DNA of 64,000 nt from Lama guanicoe (Eukaryota). Below are positions 13,900-27,739 of this stretch, one piece after another. Below the pieces are notes generated by a model, which saw only the letters and a list, made by a program, of their open reading frames with translations, ran no database searches and was not told the DNA's origin. The translations under genes and the position numbers were made by a program. The DNA lies in contig MU054220.1 of the NCBI GenBank assembly GCA_013239625.1, forward strand, positions 8,405,367 to 8,469,366, in the 5' to 3' direction. How positions within the stretch are numbered: the first letter of the stretch is position 1; each line of letters starts with the position of its first letter.

Positions 13900-15720
13900 T
13901 AATCAGTTAGTTTATTTATTCAGCACCTGGTCATTGTTTTCTTGCTATCTGTCAGGTACTAGAGAAGATGTCCAAAACAGTCGTTGACTTGAATTAAATT
14001 TCAGTATCTTTTAAAAGCATCTATTACAGATATCAGAAATTAAAATTATGCACAGTGAGTTTTTTGCTAGAAGTGAGCACAGATGCTGAAAGAAGTTGAA
14101 GGAGGCTGATCTAGAGCATCACCTGATAGATATTTCTGGATGATCAGAGAGCATATTTTTTTTAGATGATTAGATGAACAAATAATACAGGATGAAGGAA
14201 GTCCTGGTTGAAGAAAAATCAAGTGTCAAAGCGTGTAGTTTTATAGTAAGTATGGCACCTTTGCACAAATTCAAGTATTTTGTTTTTACTGGAATGTATG
14301 CTTTATTTAATAAATGAATAAATAAAGCATATAGTATATAGAAAGGGACCTTGCCATGCATGCCAGGAGTTTGTAATTTAATTTTAATTTAACTTGAAGG
14401 TAATAAGAACTCTAGGGTGTTTTATACAGACAGTAACGTGATGATCTTTACATGAGACTGAACAAATCTGAGGATGGATGGGAAGGCTAGGGTGAAAGAG
14501 TGATGGTTAAATTGAAGGCTGGAGACTTGTTAGTAGAATCCAAGCTAGAAAATGAGAAGTGAGGATATGAAATGGTGTATCTACTTTGGAAAAAACAGTG
14601 GGAGAGTTCCTCAAATGATGAAACAAAGTTACCATATGCCACAGCAATTCTACTACTTATACACTCAATAGAAATGAAAACATGTATCTACACAAAAACT
14701 TTAACACAAATGGTTATGGCAACATTAATTATAATAGCCCAAAGATGGAAACAAGCCAACTGACATTCATCCAATGACTGGATAAGTAAAATATAGGGCA
14801 TCCATTCAATAGAATATTATCTGGCCATTAAAAAGGAACAAAGTACTGGTACATGTGACAGGTGGGATAAACTTAAAAATATTATGCTGCATGAAACCAT
14901 CGCAAAAATCTAAATATTATGATTGAATTCATAGGGAAATCCATGGAGATAAAAAGTAGAGTAGCATTTGCTTATGGCTGAGGATGGAGGGAATGAAGGG
15001 ATAGGTTGGTGACAGGTATAGTGCATAATGTTTATTTTTGAAGTGGTGAAAGTATTTTAAAATTTACTATGGGGACAATTGCATTTACCTGTGAATATAC
15101 TAAAAATCATAAAACTGTACACTGTAAGTGGATGAGTTGTATGGTAAATGAATTATAGATCAGTAAAGACATTTTTATAAAAAGGAGGAAAAAGTAGTGA
15201 TGAGAACCTGAGTAAAGGCAGTAGCATTAACCAGGAAGAGGGGAGGACTGAGAAAGTTGACAGATCTAAAGGGCTTTAGGGCCAAGTGGGTTTCTTGACT
15301 GGCTGGGAACAGGGCAGGAGAGTGAGGAAAAAGGGGAAAAGACTAGGGAGACATCTGGTTTACTGTTTTGAGACATGATGGTGAGCCCAATTATTGAAAA
15401 GGGGTCTACAGGAGTACTGTGCATGTTTAGAGGTAATATGATCATCTATCATTTATTTTGTGGTTTGTCTGTTGCGTTTCAGCTTCTGGTGTGAGATACA
15501 CGAGGATCACAATTAGATTGTTTAATATGGATATGTAACATACAAGAGCTATCTAGGCTACAGTTGTAGGTCTGAAGGTTGCCCATAACAAGGTAGAGAA
15601 TAAAACTATAAGCATGGGTGGTTTCTCTAGAAAGAATATTTTGAGAGTTATTAGTAAAGAGAATGAAATTTTGGAGACCACTATAAAAGGCAGAGGAAGA
15701 GGGACTTTGCAAACATTATT
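13900..15720 (-). mobile_element. L2 LINE remnants, interrupted by an L1
   Basis: tttatttattcagcacct 3' end and purine-rich antisense L2 body on both sides of 14571-15185. Confidence 0.5.
14571..15185 (+). mobile_element. L1MB/MC-type 3' end (ORF2 C-terminus and 3'UTR)
   Basis: ORF 14572-14763 (LPYATAILLL...EMKTCIYTKT...IIIAQRWKQ) resembles the L1 ORF2 C-terminus; ends gtatggtaaatgaattata...taaag. Confidence 0.85.
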
Positions 15721-17249
15721 TTAGAATCAATGGATCCATTCTGAAGAGGATTTTGAATTCAACGAGATATTACAGATTATCTAATACAGTGGCTTTCAAA
15801 TGTGGGAGTGAGTGACACAGATCAGTCAAGTACCGTGAAAACATAATAGAAGCCCAGATATAAAACAGATAAAATAGCTACTCTGTTCAATGCAGGGCAC
15901 ACAGACATGCACTTTGGCCCGTTGCTGTCACTTCATAGGGAGAGTCACTGAGTGGCTTATTGCAATTCTCTTGGACCCCCTGGAAGTACCTGCTATTTTT
16001 AATTAGTAGATAAATTGTGCCTCAGTTAGAAGTCAGAGAAGCAGAGAAAGTTGGAGAATCAAAGTCAGTAATCAGCTCTCTTGAAGCATTGGTGTGGGTG
16101 GAAAAATCAGAGCTTGCAAGGAAATGTGGGAAGCCTGATGTATCAAGCTTCTAGAAGGAGACCAGAAAGGAGAACTGGGGGAACAGTGTACAGTCTGCCA
16201 CTGCATCTGGTGACAGAGATGGCAATTGGGAAGAGGAGCTGAACCCAGAGTGAGGGGGAGTGAGAACACGCTGGTAACCACGGGCAGCTCCGCGTCTGCC
16301 TTTCACCTGTGCAATCAGGACAACCTTTAGAGAGGAAGCTGCTGTTCCACTTCCACCTTCTAAACCCCATGCACATTTCTCTTTTGTACTATTTCCACTC
16401 AGGAATGTTAATTTCTGGGAAATACGGATCTAGTTTGGGTAAGCTGACACAGGACAAAACTCCACAAGGACTCTGACAAAACTTGAAGACAGTCTTTCCC
16501 TGAACAGTTAATCAACTCAAATACTGGTTATTTTAACCACAGAATTTTTTTTTTAATTCACAAGAACTATTTCTACTCTTTGTACTTTTTTCAAAACAAA
16601 TTTTATTTTTTAAGTCTGAAATTTCCTCTTGGATCGGAAGATAGTAATTAAAATTTTATTAAGGCATATATTTGGTTTCCTGAATTACCTCTTTGTCTAT
16701 TGTTCTGTTTCATTTTGTCTGCTTATTTCTCTTATCCTTCATTTTGCATTCCGTATTAATTCATTTTTATGCTATTCATTTCCTTCCAATTTCAATAACG
16801 TTTAGTTGAGGATTCCTATTTATAACACATGAGCTCTATATTTAGGATAAAGAGTTGATACAGGTTTCTATGCAGTTACTGGAGAGTGTTTCTTCAATTA
16901 ATATTACCCTTAGATGGGAATACTAGTTATTACTTTCATTAAGAGGAAGGAGTTCGAGTGGGACTTTCTAAAGGGAATCCTCACAACTGGCAAAGTCAGG
17001 AAGGCCTTAACATATGCATTTGTGTTGATATTGTTTAATCCAATACATTAAATATTGGGAGATATGAAGTTACCCAGTGACAGTTCATTTCACAATAAAG
17101 GACATGAAGAAGTGGTTCCTGGACACGAATTGTTAAGAGATGGTATATGAACACCATGGAGGATGTTCATGTGATTGGACAGTAAAACACATGAGTTAGT
17201 ACCTCTTCTCTATCAATTATTATAATTGCTTATCAAAAAATCAATGTAT

Positions 17250-17972
17250 CTTCCATGGGCCTACTCACCAGCAGGTTGGCAAGTTTTGGAGCATCCCTGA
17301 ATCCAGAGCCAGTCATGCCAGGAACTGTACCTGCTCACTAGCAGGCTAACACTAGATCTGGGACCCCTGGCACTGCAACCAGCCCCTCTGGGACTGTCTT
17401 TGTCCACCAGTGAGCAAGCACTGGCCTCAGGACCCCCAGGGCTCCACAACCAGACACCTCATGGCCCAGACATGTCTACTAGTGGCCTACAGCCACCACG
17501 CAATGCAGGGCCTAGCACCCAACCAGATTGGGGACCAGCCACATCTACCAACAGGCCCATGGTAGTTAGCCAATAAAACAGACAACCTAGAAGAAATGGA
17601 CAAATTCCTAGAAATGTACAATGTCCCAAGACTGAAGAAGGAAGGAAGAAATAGAAAATATGAACAGACCAATTGCTAGTCATGAAACTGAAGCAGTCAT
17701 TTAAAAAACAGAAACAAAAAACCTTCCAACAAATAAATACCTGGAACCCATGGTTTTGCAGGTGAATTCTACCAAACATTTAGGGAACAGTGAACACCTA
17801 TCCTCTTCAAACTATTCCCAAAAAGTTGCAGAGGGAGAAATGTTTCCAAATTCATTCTATAAGGCCAGCATCACTGTGATACCAAAACCAAAGATATGAC
17901 AGAAGAAGAAAACTACAGGCCAGAAACACTGATGAACATAGATGCAAATATCTTCAACAAGATAGTCGCAAA
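17250..17972 (+). mobile_element. L1 fragment: GC-rich 5'UTR-like repeats joined to mid-ORF2
   Basis: From about 17570: gacaacctagaagaaatggacaaattcctagaa (DNLEEMDKFLE), ggtgaattctaccaaacattt (GEFYQTF), gaaaactacaggcca (ENYRP). Upstream are ccaccagcagg-like repeats. Confidence 0.85.
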
Positions 17973-19334
17973 TACGTAAGTATATCTCTTGTGTAAAACT
18001 AGAATTCTATTTAGTGAAATTGCTTCAAGAAGAATCACTGTTAATAACAAACTTTAAAAAGTTCCTTTCTTTATTTCACAGAAACTTGAAACTAAGTTTT
18101 ATACGCTTTTTGTACTTACACCATAGACAAGATAAAGACTAAAGTAAACAATTAGCTATTCGCATAGCATCTCTTTGAAAGAGAAAGGGAAAAAACGGGC
18201 TTTTTCTGAAAAGTATAGCAGGCTATGAGAAGACCTTAATTATGTGGAATGCCAGTTAAGAAAGTGAGTAAGAAATTATTACATCCACTTTAGGTACCCA
18301 ATTTGATTTTTTTTTCTTCTAAATTTTCAAGAAGAAATATCATTGCTAAATAAGAAAGATCTTCTCGTGTCTTTATAAAAGTAAAAGAATGTATTTTAAT
18401 GTAACTATAATTCCTCTTAAAGCACGATTTATGTAACTTTTGTGTATAATGAAATGGAAATTTTTAAATGGGGAAAAACCTTGAAGATGTTTGAATAGCT
18501 TTAGACCCTGACATAGATCTCGTTGACAAACCCCTTTCACAGAGTAATTCTGGCATCTTGCTTGAGCTGAGGACAGCATTTGGAATGTCTGTGTGTGTAT
18601 AAATTTGGAGGGTACAAATTGACAAGTTGCTTGATGACATGTCAAGAAATATTTGCAAATCTTTCTGGTGTCAGCACAATTCAGATTCAAGTAGGAATTT
18701 GTCTGACGCAAGACCATTTACGTGTAAACTAGTAAATAAGATGGAAGGAGAGGAAAGAAATGAGGTGGGCTTTGTCACCCACTGCTGGATTTCAGAGTAA
18801 TCAGTAAATGTCCCGTACAAAATAATCACTTGTCATAAAAATAAAGAAATATAGAACATTTGGCCTCTCAGTCCAGACTAAAAGAAGCACAATGAGTATG
18901 CAATTAAAAATTTATAAATTGTCATCTAGGATATATTACCCAGAATGTTCCTCCTAGTGAGGCTCTTTCTGGTGCGTTTATTATGTGTGATTCCAGTACT
19001 CATTTTGAGATTAAGAGTGTCATTCGCTCAAATTTGATTCTATGTGCTTCAGCCTTGTCTTTAAGACCAAGAGAGCTCTTCTTCCTTTTCTTCTTTGTTT
19101 CTTAATTCATTAAATTAATTGGAATGGGACTTCACAAATAACACTTGAGGAAAGAAAAAGATGTATAAATTTTCTTGTAACAGAGGATGCTGAATAATTC
19201 CACTCAAGCATATCCAAGTAAAATTCCAAATAATGTGTACATTTACACATGTTAAATTTTATTAGGCAAAGTTACATTTATAATGTCTTTAAAATGCTTT
19301 TATTTACCCAGTTCTCCTCCCTCCCAGAATAGAA

Positions 19335-19825
19335 ATTATTTATTAAATACCTTCTATATGTCAAAGCACTATTTTCTGCTGTTGGGCTTCAGTAAGCAAA
19401 ATAGCTGAAATGCTGATCTCTGCCTTAAATTATAGATGGGGAAGGAATATTATAAAATATGGATAAATTTATTAAAGGATTTCAAATGTTGGTATAAGAT
19501 AAAAATGAAACCATGTAATAGGAACAGAGTGTGACAAAAAACTTCTTGAGATTGAATGATCATTCATGTAAGGCTTCTCAGAGAAGTGACATATAAATGA
19601 TAACCTAATGGAAATGGACAGCCATGTAAGGGAAGACTTAGGATCAGAAATCTCAGGCAGAAAAAAAGCAAGTAAAAAGATCTTAGAGAAGAACTAGCTT
19701 GTAGTGTCTCCAGAAGACCAGTGTAGTTGGTGAGTTCTGAGCAAACAGGAAAATGAAACAAGATGAGCCAGAGTTTGGTAGTCAAATGTCATCGTAAGGG
19801 ATTTGGATTTTAATCAAAGTGCATT
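19335..19825 (-). mobile_element. L2 3' fragment, resuming at about 21480-21610 after the L1
   Basis: ttatttattaaataccttctatatgtcaaagcact; gtaagggatttggattttaatc; resumes tttggaaagttttaagcagaagattgatacaatctgatt. Confidence 0.65.
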
Positions 19826-19899
19826 TGTTGAGACTGCCACCTGCTTTGGTAAAGTAAGTTCATACTGGATTGAGCCTCTAGTGGAACAGTTCTAAACTC

Positions 19900-21460
19900 T
19901 ATACAGGATATTAAACAATAACAAAGAACAAAAAGCACAACTATCTGAATGCATTCAGTGTGCAGAAATGCGAGCAGATTCTGGAGGGATGTCAAGACTT
20001 GGAAGAGGAAATGGTACAGGATGGACTTCCCCCTCTGCAGTTTCTAGCCTGAGAGCAGGACATATTCTGCACATACAGAGTGGCTAAAACTTCAGTTGAA
20101 AACGTGCCATCTTACAAAATCAGAAAATAGTCTGAGGGAACTACAGCAACTGAAATTTTGAGGTAGTACTCCAGACACTGGAGAACCTGGAAGCAAGGAG
20201 GATGGGGAGGTTATCACGAATTTTGTGTGTAAATTATGCCTAAATATCTGACTGACCCCTGAATTATACACGCACAGGTTAGAGTCAAGGCACCCCAGTG
20301 AAGAGTAACAGAACTGAGTTGAAAATTGAACTGCTACCCAAGAGACAGACCTTGCACTTTGAGTCCAACCAACATAAAGCTTCAAAACAAAGGACCAAAG
20401 AGCAACATTCTTCAGAGAAATAAAATAAAATCCAGACCCTCAGAACAGAATATATAAAATGTCTGGGATACAATCCTAATTTATTCAAAAAAAGAAGAAT
20501 TAGGACAACATGACTCATTCTCAAAGGAAAATTAAATCAATATAAACCAACCCTGATTTGAACCATACATTTAATTGAGCGAAAAAGAATATCGAACATC
20601 CATTATAGCTATATTCAATGATGTAATGGAAAATATGGTAATAATGGATGAATATATATGAAATCTCAACAGAGAAATGAGATCTATTTTAGAAAGAGTC
20701 AAATATAAGTTTTAGAACTGAAAACTACAATATCTGAAATTTAAAATGCCCTAAACTTAACAACATAATGGAGATAAGAAGAGAATTAGTAACTTTGAAA
20801 ATAGGTAAAGGGAACTCATCCATCTGAAAGAGAGAGAAAAGACAAAGACTGAAAATAAAATATACAGAGCGTCAGGGAAATTTGAGAGAACACCAAGAGT
20901 TCTAACATCTCCTATAAGGAAAAGCGGAGGGTATTGGGCTGAAAAACTATTTAAAGAAATAACCATCAAAAATTTACTGATTTTTTAAAATATATAATTC
21001 AAAAGTTTTAACCTCAATTAATCTCAAGAAGGATAGGTGAGGAAAAAACAAAGTCTAGGGACCTCATAGGAAAATATCTGAAAACCCAAGACTAATGGAA
21101 GATCCTGGAAGCAGTGGGAGTAAAAATAACAAATTACATGGGGTGGGACATGTGGCAGTAATTAGAATGATTGCTGATTTCTCATTACAAAATATGGGCT
21201 CCAGAATATAGTGAACTAATATTTTTATAGTGCATATATATAAGAAATAATCAACACAGAATTCTAATTCTGTTTCTACCAAAAATATTTTTTTACGAAT
21301 GCACATGAAACAAGTACATATTTTAGGTAAATGAAAGGCAGAGAATTCATCAAAGCCGTTCTTAACTAAAAGAAACACTAAAGAAAATTCCTCAGCTTAA
21401 GGGAAAATTATGCCAATAGGACATTCAGATACTTACAACAGAATTAAGAGCTTTGGAAAT
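19900..21460 (+). mobile_element. Ancient L1M 5'UTR/ORF1 remnant
   Basis: A-rich ORF1-like motifs: ttagaactgaaaactacaatatctgaaatttaaaat; aattagaatgattgctgatttctca; ggcagagaattcatca. Confidence 0.75.
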
Positions 21461-23434
21461 GGGCTGTTAAGAAAGGTAAAGGCTTTGGAAAGTTTTAAGC
21501 AGAAGATTGATACAATCTGATTCATATTAAAGAAAAAAACTCTGATATCAGAAAAAAATGGATTTTATGGGGGTAAGAGCAGTAGCAGAAACACTTGGAG
21601 TAGAGTCAGAAATGTCAGCGTACTCACACTGCCATAAGTAACGTTGGTCTTGATGTCAGTGTCAGCTTGGACTGAGTTCAATAGTCCTTGAAATGTTTCT
21701 TTGTTTCCAGTGCATTGTTACCTAAATAAAGGCAATCTATCTTTTTGTTGTAGGACTGTAGGTACTATGACTTTGTGTACTTACCATAGTATCCTTCTTC
21801 CAGGGATCCACCTGTTCTTAGTTAATGGGTTTCTGGGTCTAAAAACTATTTCCCTTCCAGAAACTTGGCATGGAAACATGGCTTTTTAAAATTTTTAATT
21901 GGGATAACTGTGACCAAACTCTTGATTATCCATTCTTGATTTCTTTTGATGGTGTTAAGTTGAGTCGTAGCCTCGTTGGTTGCTCACCTCCACTGCCCTG
22001 AGGAGCATTCCGTTCTATTAGACATCGGCATATTTTCTGTAGATCAGACACGCCTGGCTGCCCTCTTGCCACTCATTATAACGATGATATAGTAATACTT
22101 ACCACCAAGTTCAGTATTATCACCAGGACTCTATTGTTTTAGGGTCCTTTCCTTGCCATTGCGCTCAGTGAGTTTCCAAACAGCCTCTCGTTCTGTTAGC
22201 CCTGCCACGCATAGAAGCACCTCTGACATCTGAGCAATCTGGTGCCTCTAGCAACTATGCCTTCTTTATGGCTTTGGTAAACAGTGCCTATTCTGTGCCT
22301 TCCTATAGAAAATAATCATGTTTCACTTTCTGGTCTTATGCAGTGTTCACTTTTCTGAGCCTCTGAATCGCTTCTTTCTCCATTTGGTCCTTCAGATTAA
22401 TGTGGATCATCTCTTTGTTCACGCTTTTAGAAGCCATCCTGCTATAAGTTCACACCATCACCTAGGTTCCTTACCAGGGTATTCATTCCTGTATCCCAGA
22501 AGAGAGCTCACAAATCAAGAAGCCCTTCCTTCTACAGCTTTGATTCCGACTCACTTTATCAAGCACTCTCTAACTCAATGCCACGCGCACTCCCCCAGCT
22601 CTGCCCACTGAATGCTAGCCAGGTCTTGCACCTGTCTTGTGGTATTGTAATTCTCACTCTGTTTAGCTTCAGAATATCTCCAGTTGGGTTATGTTTTGAC
22701 TTAGCCCTAATTACAAGCCTTTGCTTTCCAGGAGAAATGCTGGGGAAAGAACCTGAGATGGATGGCTGACGTTTATGGTGCATTATCTCTGAGCAAGGAG
22801 GCCATGCCAGCTTTTTATAGCGAAAAGCGGGAAATTTTGCAGCTCAGGGAGTCCAAGGCACATCAACACAGATGTTTTCATCCTGTTTGTTAGGTTCCTC
22901 CTCTTCTTTAATAAGGATTTTGACCTTGGTAGAGCAGATCTTTAGCTTAGAGGTCCAACAGTCTTCAGAGTTGGACTGCTGTAACAATTAAGTCTTGGAC
23001 CTGTTTCTCAGTTTTTTTTGTCCTCCCCGTCCAAGAGACAAGATTATTTGTTTGCTATTAACAGGGTCTTCTGATTTTCACAGTGAGCTTTCAATTGACA
23101 ATCAATCTTTTGTTTGTTTGTTTTCTTCATGTAGAACCTCACCATAGCCTATCAGTGTCCTTGTAATTATTAATTCTCACACATTTCCAAAACATTGGAT
23201 ACACTGTAGTGGATCATACATTCCCTTCCAATGGTATACCTTCTAAATTTCCAAGGTAAAAGCTTTAATAAATGTATTACCCTATCATGACAATATGGTG
23301 CCATGCCTATGTTCTACTTTCTACCAATTATTTGTGTCCCCATCTTCAGAATTGGGAGAATAATCTGGTTCAAACCTATTTTAGCAGTTATTTTCCAAGA
23401 CCATTATTCATTTCACTCTAGTGACTTGAGTCTT

Positions 23435-23613
23435 TTTTTTTTTTTAGTCAATCTAGCTAACATTCAGATGATTCTTGGATCTTTTCAAACAACCGGAGTT
23501 TTGCTTTATTGGTATTCTCTTTTGTTTTCCTGTTTTCTGCTTCATTAATTTATGTCATAAGCTGCATTATTTCCTTCCTTCTGCTTGCTTTAAGTTTAGC
23601 CTGCTGTTCTTTT
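23435..23613 (-). mobile_element. L1M ORF2 fragment
   Basis: tagtcaatctagctaa...gatcttttcaaacaacc...ttatttccttccttctgcttgcttt, antisense ORF2. Confidence 0.7.
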
Positions 23614-24374
23614 GGTCAAGGGGAAAAACTCAGGGAAGGAGACATTCTGTGGTTCTGAGCTTTCATTCCTTCCTAAAGTGAGTATTGCTTCCATCTGTGT
23701 TTGTTTTAGAGTAATATTGTAAATGATAAATTATTTAGTGTTAACGGAAAAAGACACCATAAGTCATGGTACTAATCCTGCCCACTCCAGCCAGAATCAC
23801 GTATGACACCCACGTCGTTTCAGGCAGGTAGCCAAACTTCACGTATGATCAGTCAAAGTATTGTGAAATCAAAATGAGTTGTTTGATAACCAACTGTTTC
23901 ATCCTGTTAATTCAGGACATTCTTTCCAGGAGAAAAACACTTTGGGGTTTTTGGAGACTTGAGGTAAAATTTTTATGAGGTAAAATTTGCCTTTTATTTT
24001 TCTGAAGAAGTCAGTATGCGTATCCAAAGAATGAAGCCTAATTTCAAAAATATTGGTTATCCATCTGAAAGATTCACAACTTTCATGGTTATTGTCTGTG
24101 ATAGTGGCCATTAAATGAAAATAGCCTGGCTCATTCTTAAACTCCTTTACTCAGACTGAATCAGGGGATCAAGTATATATATTTGACTTTATGTGTGCTC
24201 TACTCTACATCACTCTATGATAGGCATTCTTATCATTTTTTGCCTTCAAAGCCTTATACTACCTGACATTCTCAAATTTCAGTACATTTAACTCTCAAGG
24301 CTGTAGAAATGTGACAGCAGCCTGAAAGGAAAAAACAGTGATAATAGTTTTTTTTTTTTAATCACAATAGGTAA

Positions 24375-24520
24375 CATAATCTCCATTTTACAGGTGAGAA
24401 AACTAAGGCAGAGACATTAAACAATTTACTCAAGGTTACAGAGGTAGTATGCAGTGGTAGTGACATCTGAAATCGGCAGTCCTTTTGCAGAATCTATAAT
24501 CATAACCACTATTCTGTACT
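24375..24520 (-). mobile_element. MIR SINE
   Basis: ctccattttacaggtgagaaaactaaggcagaga...ttactcaaggttacagag core. Confidence 0.7.
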
Positions 24521-26429
24521 GACTCATTCTGTTGTGACTCTTGGAACATTGACTTTGAAGATTTTAGAAAAACACATGACTTTCAAATCAAAATAAGCAA
24601 AAGATATATTATGGAGCAGAATGCAAAAAAATGTGAATTTTTAATATGAAAAAATAGACTTCAAAGAATGTTTATTCTTATATCTGGTTTGCCTCAGGCT
24701 AAGACACTTGAGCTCAGGGGGGTTATGTGTTCACTGTCCTGTGCTGGTACAAATATTTCAGTGAAAAACATGAAAATGATTACATTACACAAAGTTTCTC
24801 CGTGTTGGGTGTTGAGTTTGTTAATATTTATAACTTTCTTTTAGGCATATGGTTAGATCAAACTCTTCAAAACTTAGGTAAAAATAAAAATATATTGAAG
24901 GAATACAGAAGTACATAAACACAGTGGCATTTGAAGAGTTTGCATTATCTGAGTTGGTGATTTCCCTATCTCTACCAGAATCTCTTCAAGTTCAAAGTCA
25001 TCATGGAGCTTAAAAGAGGATCCTAGCCACCAAGAGGATGGTATGAATCTGGACCTCGATCATATTGGGATGGGCAGAAAGCTGAGATCTGGGGTCCCAT
25101 GCCGTTAATGCTAAATTTGGAAGATAATGCAAAAGTTGCTTTTAAATGTTTGGATTGTGGAATCAGTGACTTGGAGAAAACACATTTTTATTTCAGTTGA
25201 ATGGAGAAGATTTTGTCAATTAGAAACTCACTTTACTGAAGCTATAGACTTGTTCTAAATGACAGAATATGCCTTTTCCCCTAAATGTCTTTGTGTGTTT
25301 CTGAAAGTTCTTCCATTACTAGGAGGCCTGGTTACCATAAGGAAAATGTGAAAAATCTGCTTTAAAACAGCTAGGCAGAATTCCTAGAGATCTCCAAAAT
25401 AACTTTGATCAATGAAATGCACTAAATATTTTTATTCACCGACAGAAAATGAATATATTTGTACATTTAGAGGGGTCAGGTGGACAAATGTCTTAATCTT
25501 TGACTTTCAGTTTTTTCATTTGTAAAAAGAGGGTATTATTACATATAAAACTTTTGACAGAGAATTCGTAAAGCAGGTAGTAAGAACTTGCTTGTTGTGT
25601 GAATTAATTAGGTACATTTAATGTATTTACATATTTTCACGTAAGTTTAGATCATACAAATGGGATGATCCACAGGAATATTAAGAAATTTGTAAGGATT
25701 TTAATCATGGTCAAGAAATAGCTAAAGCATGTAGTTCAATGATATTTTAGATACTGCATGTCACAAACACTATCAAAAACTTTACAACCATGTGCATATA
25801 ACCTCATTTTTATAAACAGTAACTATGAAATACAGGGAGCTTGAAAGTTTTGTAACTACAGGTCACAGAAGTTCTAACTCTCAGAGAATAGTTTTGAATC
25901 CACGACAGTCTGATACCCAAATCTTTTTTTTTCTTTCTAATGAACCTTCAAACACTTGGCAGTACAGGAAGTGTTTTTCTCATCTTTCTGAATGATCAGC
26001 CCATCATAAAGTGTTCTCATGTGTAACTGAATGAGTTAACACAACTATGACGACGGCCAGGGGTATAAATGTCCTAAGGCATAACATTTTTCTGAAATTG
26101 TAAATGAAACTGTCAATCCATGGGGCTTCTTGGTGTCCTAGACAATAAAAAACAAGATAAAATGACGAGTTTATTTGACAGTTGTTTGTAGCCTCGGTGA
26201 ATTCCATACCAAGATATCCTAGCTGGTGAATCTACCATTTAGATTTTCTAAATTTGTATGATAGAGTAATCAAACTAATAGTTTCACAAGTAGATTTTTT
26301 TTTTGAAGTTTGTGAGTAATGTTTTGACAAGTTGAGACTGAATTCAGATAGAACGCGGTGAGCCTGAGGGATGACTTAGATATTCTTCCTGATCTTCATC
26401 TCACTAGTGATTTTAATATTGATGATGAT

Positions 26430-26650
26430 AAGAATGAGTTCTATAGGAACTCTTTAGATTCTAGAAAATATTCTCATATAGACTATCTCATTTTCTCTTT
26501 ATAGCTCTTCTGTGAGGCAGGCAGGAAAAGTTTACCATTTTTTAAAGATGGAGAAGCTGAGGCTCATCATAATGAAGAAATGTGCCCATTATCATGGGAT
26601 CCTGACGTGGTAAAGCTTGTCTTCAAATCCATCCCTTTGCTTTATCCGTC
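26430..26650 (-). mobile_element. MIR SINE
   Basis: ccatttttt aaagatggagaagctgaggctca core. Confidence 0.6.
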
Positions 26651-27739
26651 ACATTGTAAAAGAGTAAACAAAGGACTAAGATCCACACAAGATTTAATTT
26701 CTGGTTCAAACAACAAATATGAAAATGTGGTATGTCACAAGACTATTACATTTTAGGCCATTTTAACTGTTGTTTATATATTTGAGAGGGAAGAAACCCC
26801 AGGGACGTTTTCATAGAAGAGTGGCAATCTGAGTTACTCAAGTTAGATCTGGATAGAAACACAGGGAATTGTACTAAATGACCTTCCTATAGGTTGAATA
26901 TCATAATTTTTGCAACAGAAAGGACTGATTATAAGAAAATATTATTCTTCAAGCCAAAGATTTCCAGTTCTGCCTTTGTAGATCCCCAGGTGTCCTTCGG
27001 ATGTTTTGAGGATGAAAAAATGTTTTAAAGTAAATATGTATTTAAATTTATTTATTTATTTTTTTTAGTATGTGTCATCATTGTTTACTATGTGTAGAGC
27101 AAGAGAGTAAGTGAATATTTCAACAATTAATTTCAGGGTGAAGAATTCTGTAGATAGAGTTTTCCTGGCATCATGGAGCTATGGCATATATTTGCAAATT
27201 TTCTAAAATGCAAAGTGAAGCGGGGAGTGGAGGAGGCCGCTCCATGAAGCTTCTAACCAAATAGTGCACAGACTGATCAGTAACTTTACAGACCTCTCTC
27301 TAAAACCACTGGAGACAATTTGCATCAGTTATCCCAACTGTGAGCGAGGGAGCTGGGGTGTTTGTATACCATCTCCTACTACGTTATTGGCAGAGGGCTG
27401 CTTCTAGCCTGAAACATCTAGTAGTTCCGTTTTGCTAGTGTCTGGATGTAGAGCACTGTGCGGGGCCGTGGGTGGATCCCTGCAGTATCTGCTGCAGTCT
27501 TCCTGAGACTGTTCATCATTCCTTACTTCTGCACTTTTGATCCTTCCAGCCTTCGTCCATAATCTGGAATGCCTTTCCACACAGGATACTCACAGCAAAG
27601 GACAGTCTTCTTGGAGGCACCACTGCCTACTCACCTTCCCGTGGTGCCCTTTTTCACCAGCAGGAGTTAAAAGTGATCTCAACTCCCTGTTCTAATAGAA
27701 CAGAGTAGCCCCTTTCCTCCCAGATCCTCCCAGTTACAT

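Noticed and set aside
15990..16470. Possible ancient LTR (similar candidates at about 8730-9170, 22690-23000 and 27160-27480)
   Set aside because: Composition suggests LTR remnants, but I cannot fix family or boundaries without a Dfam search.
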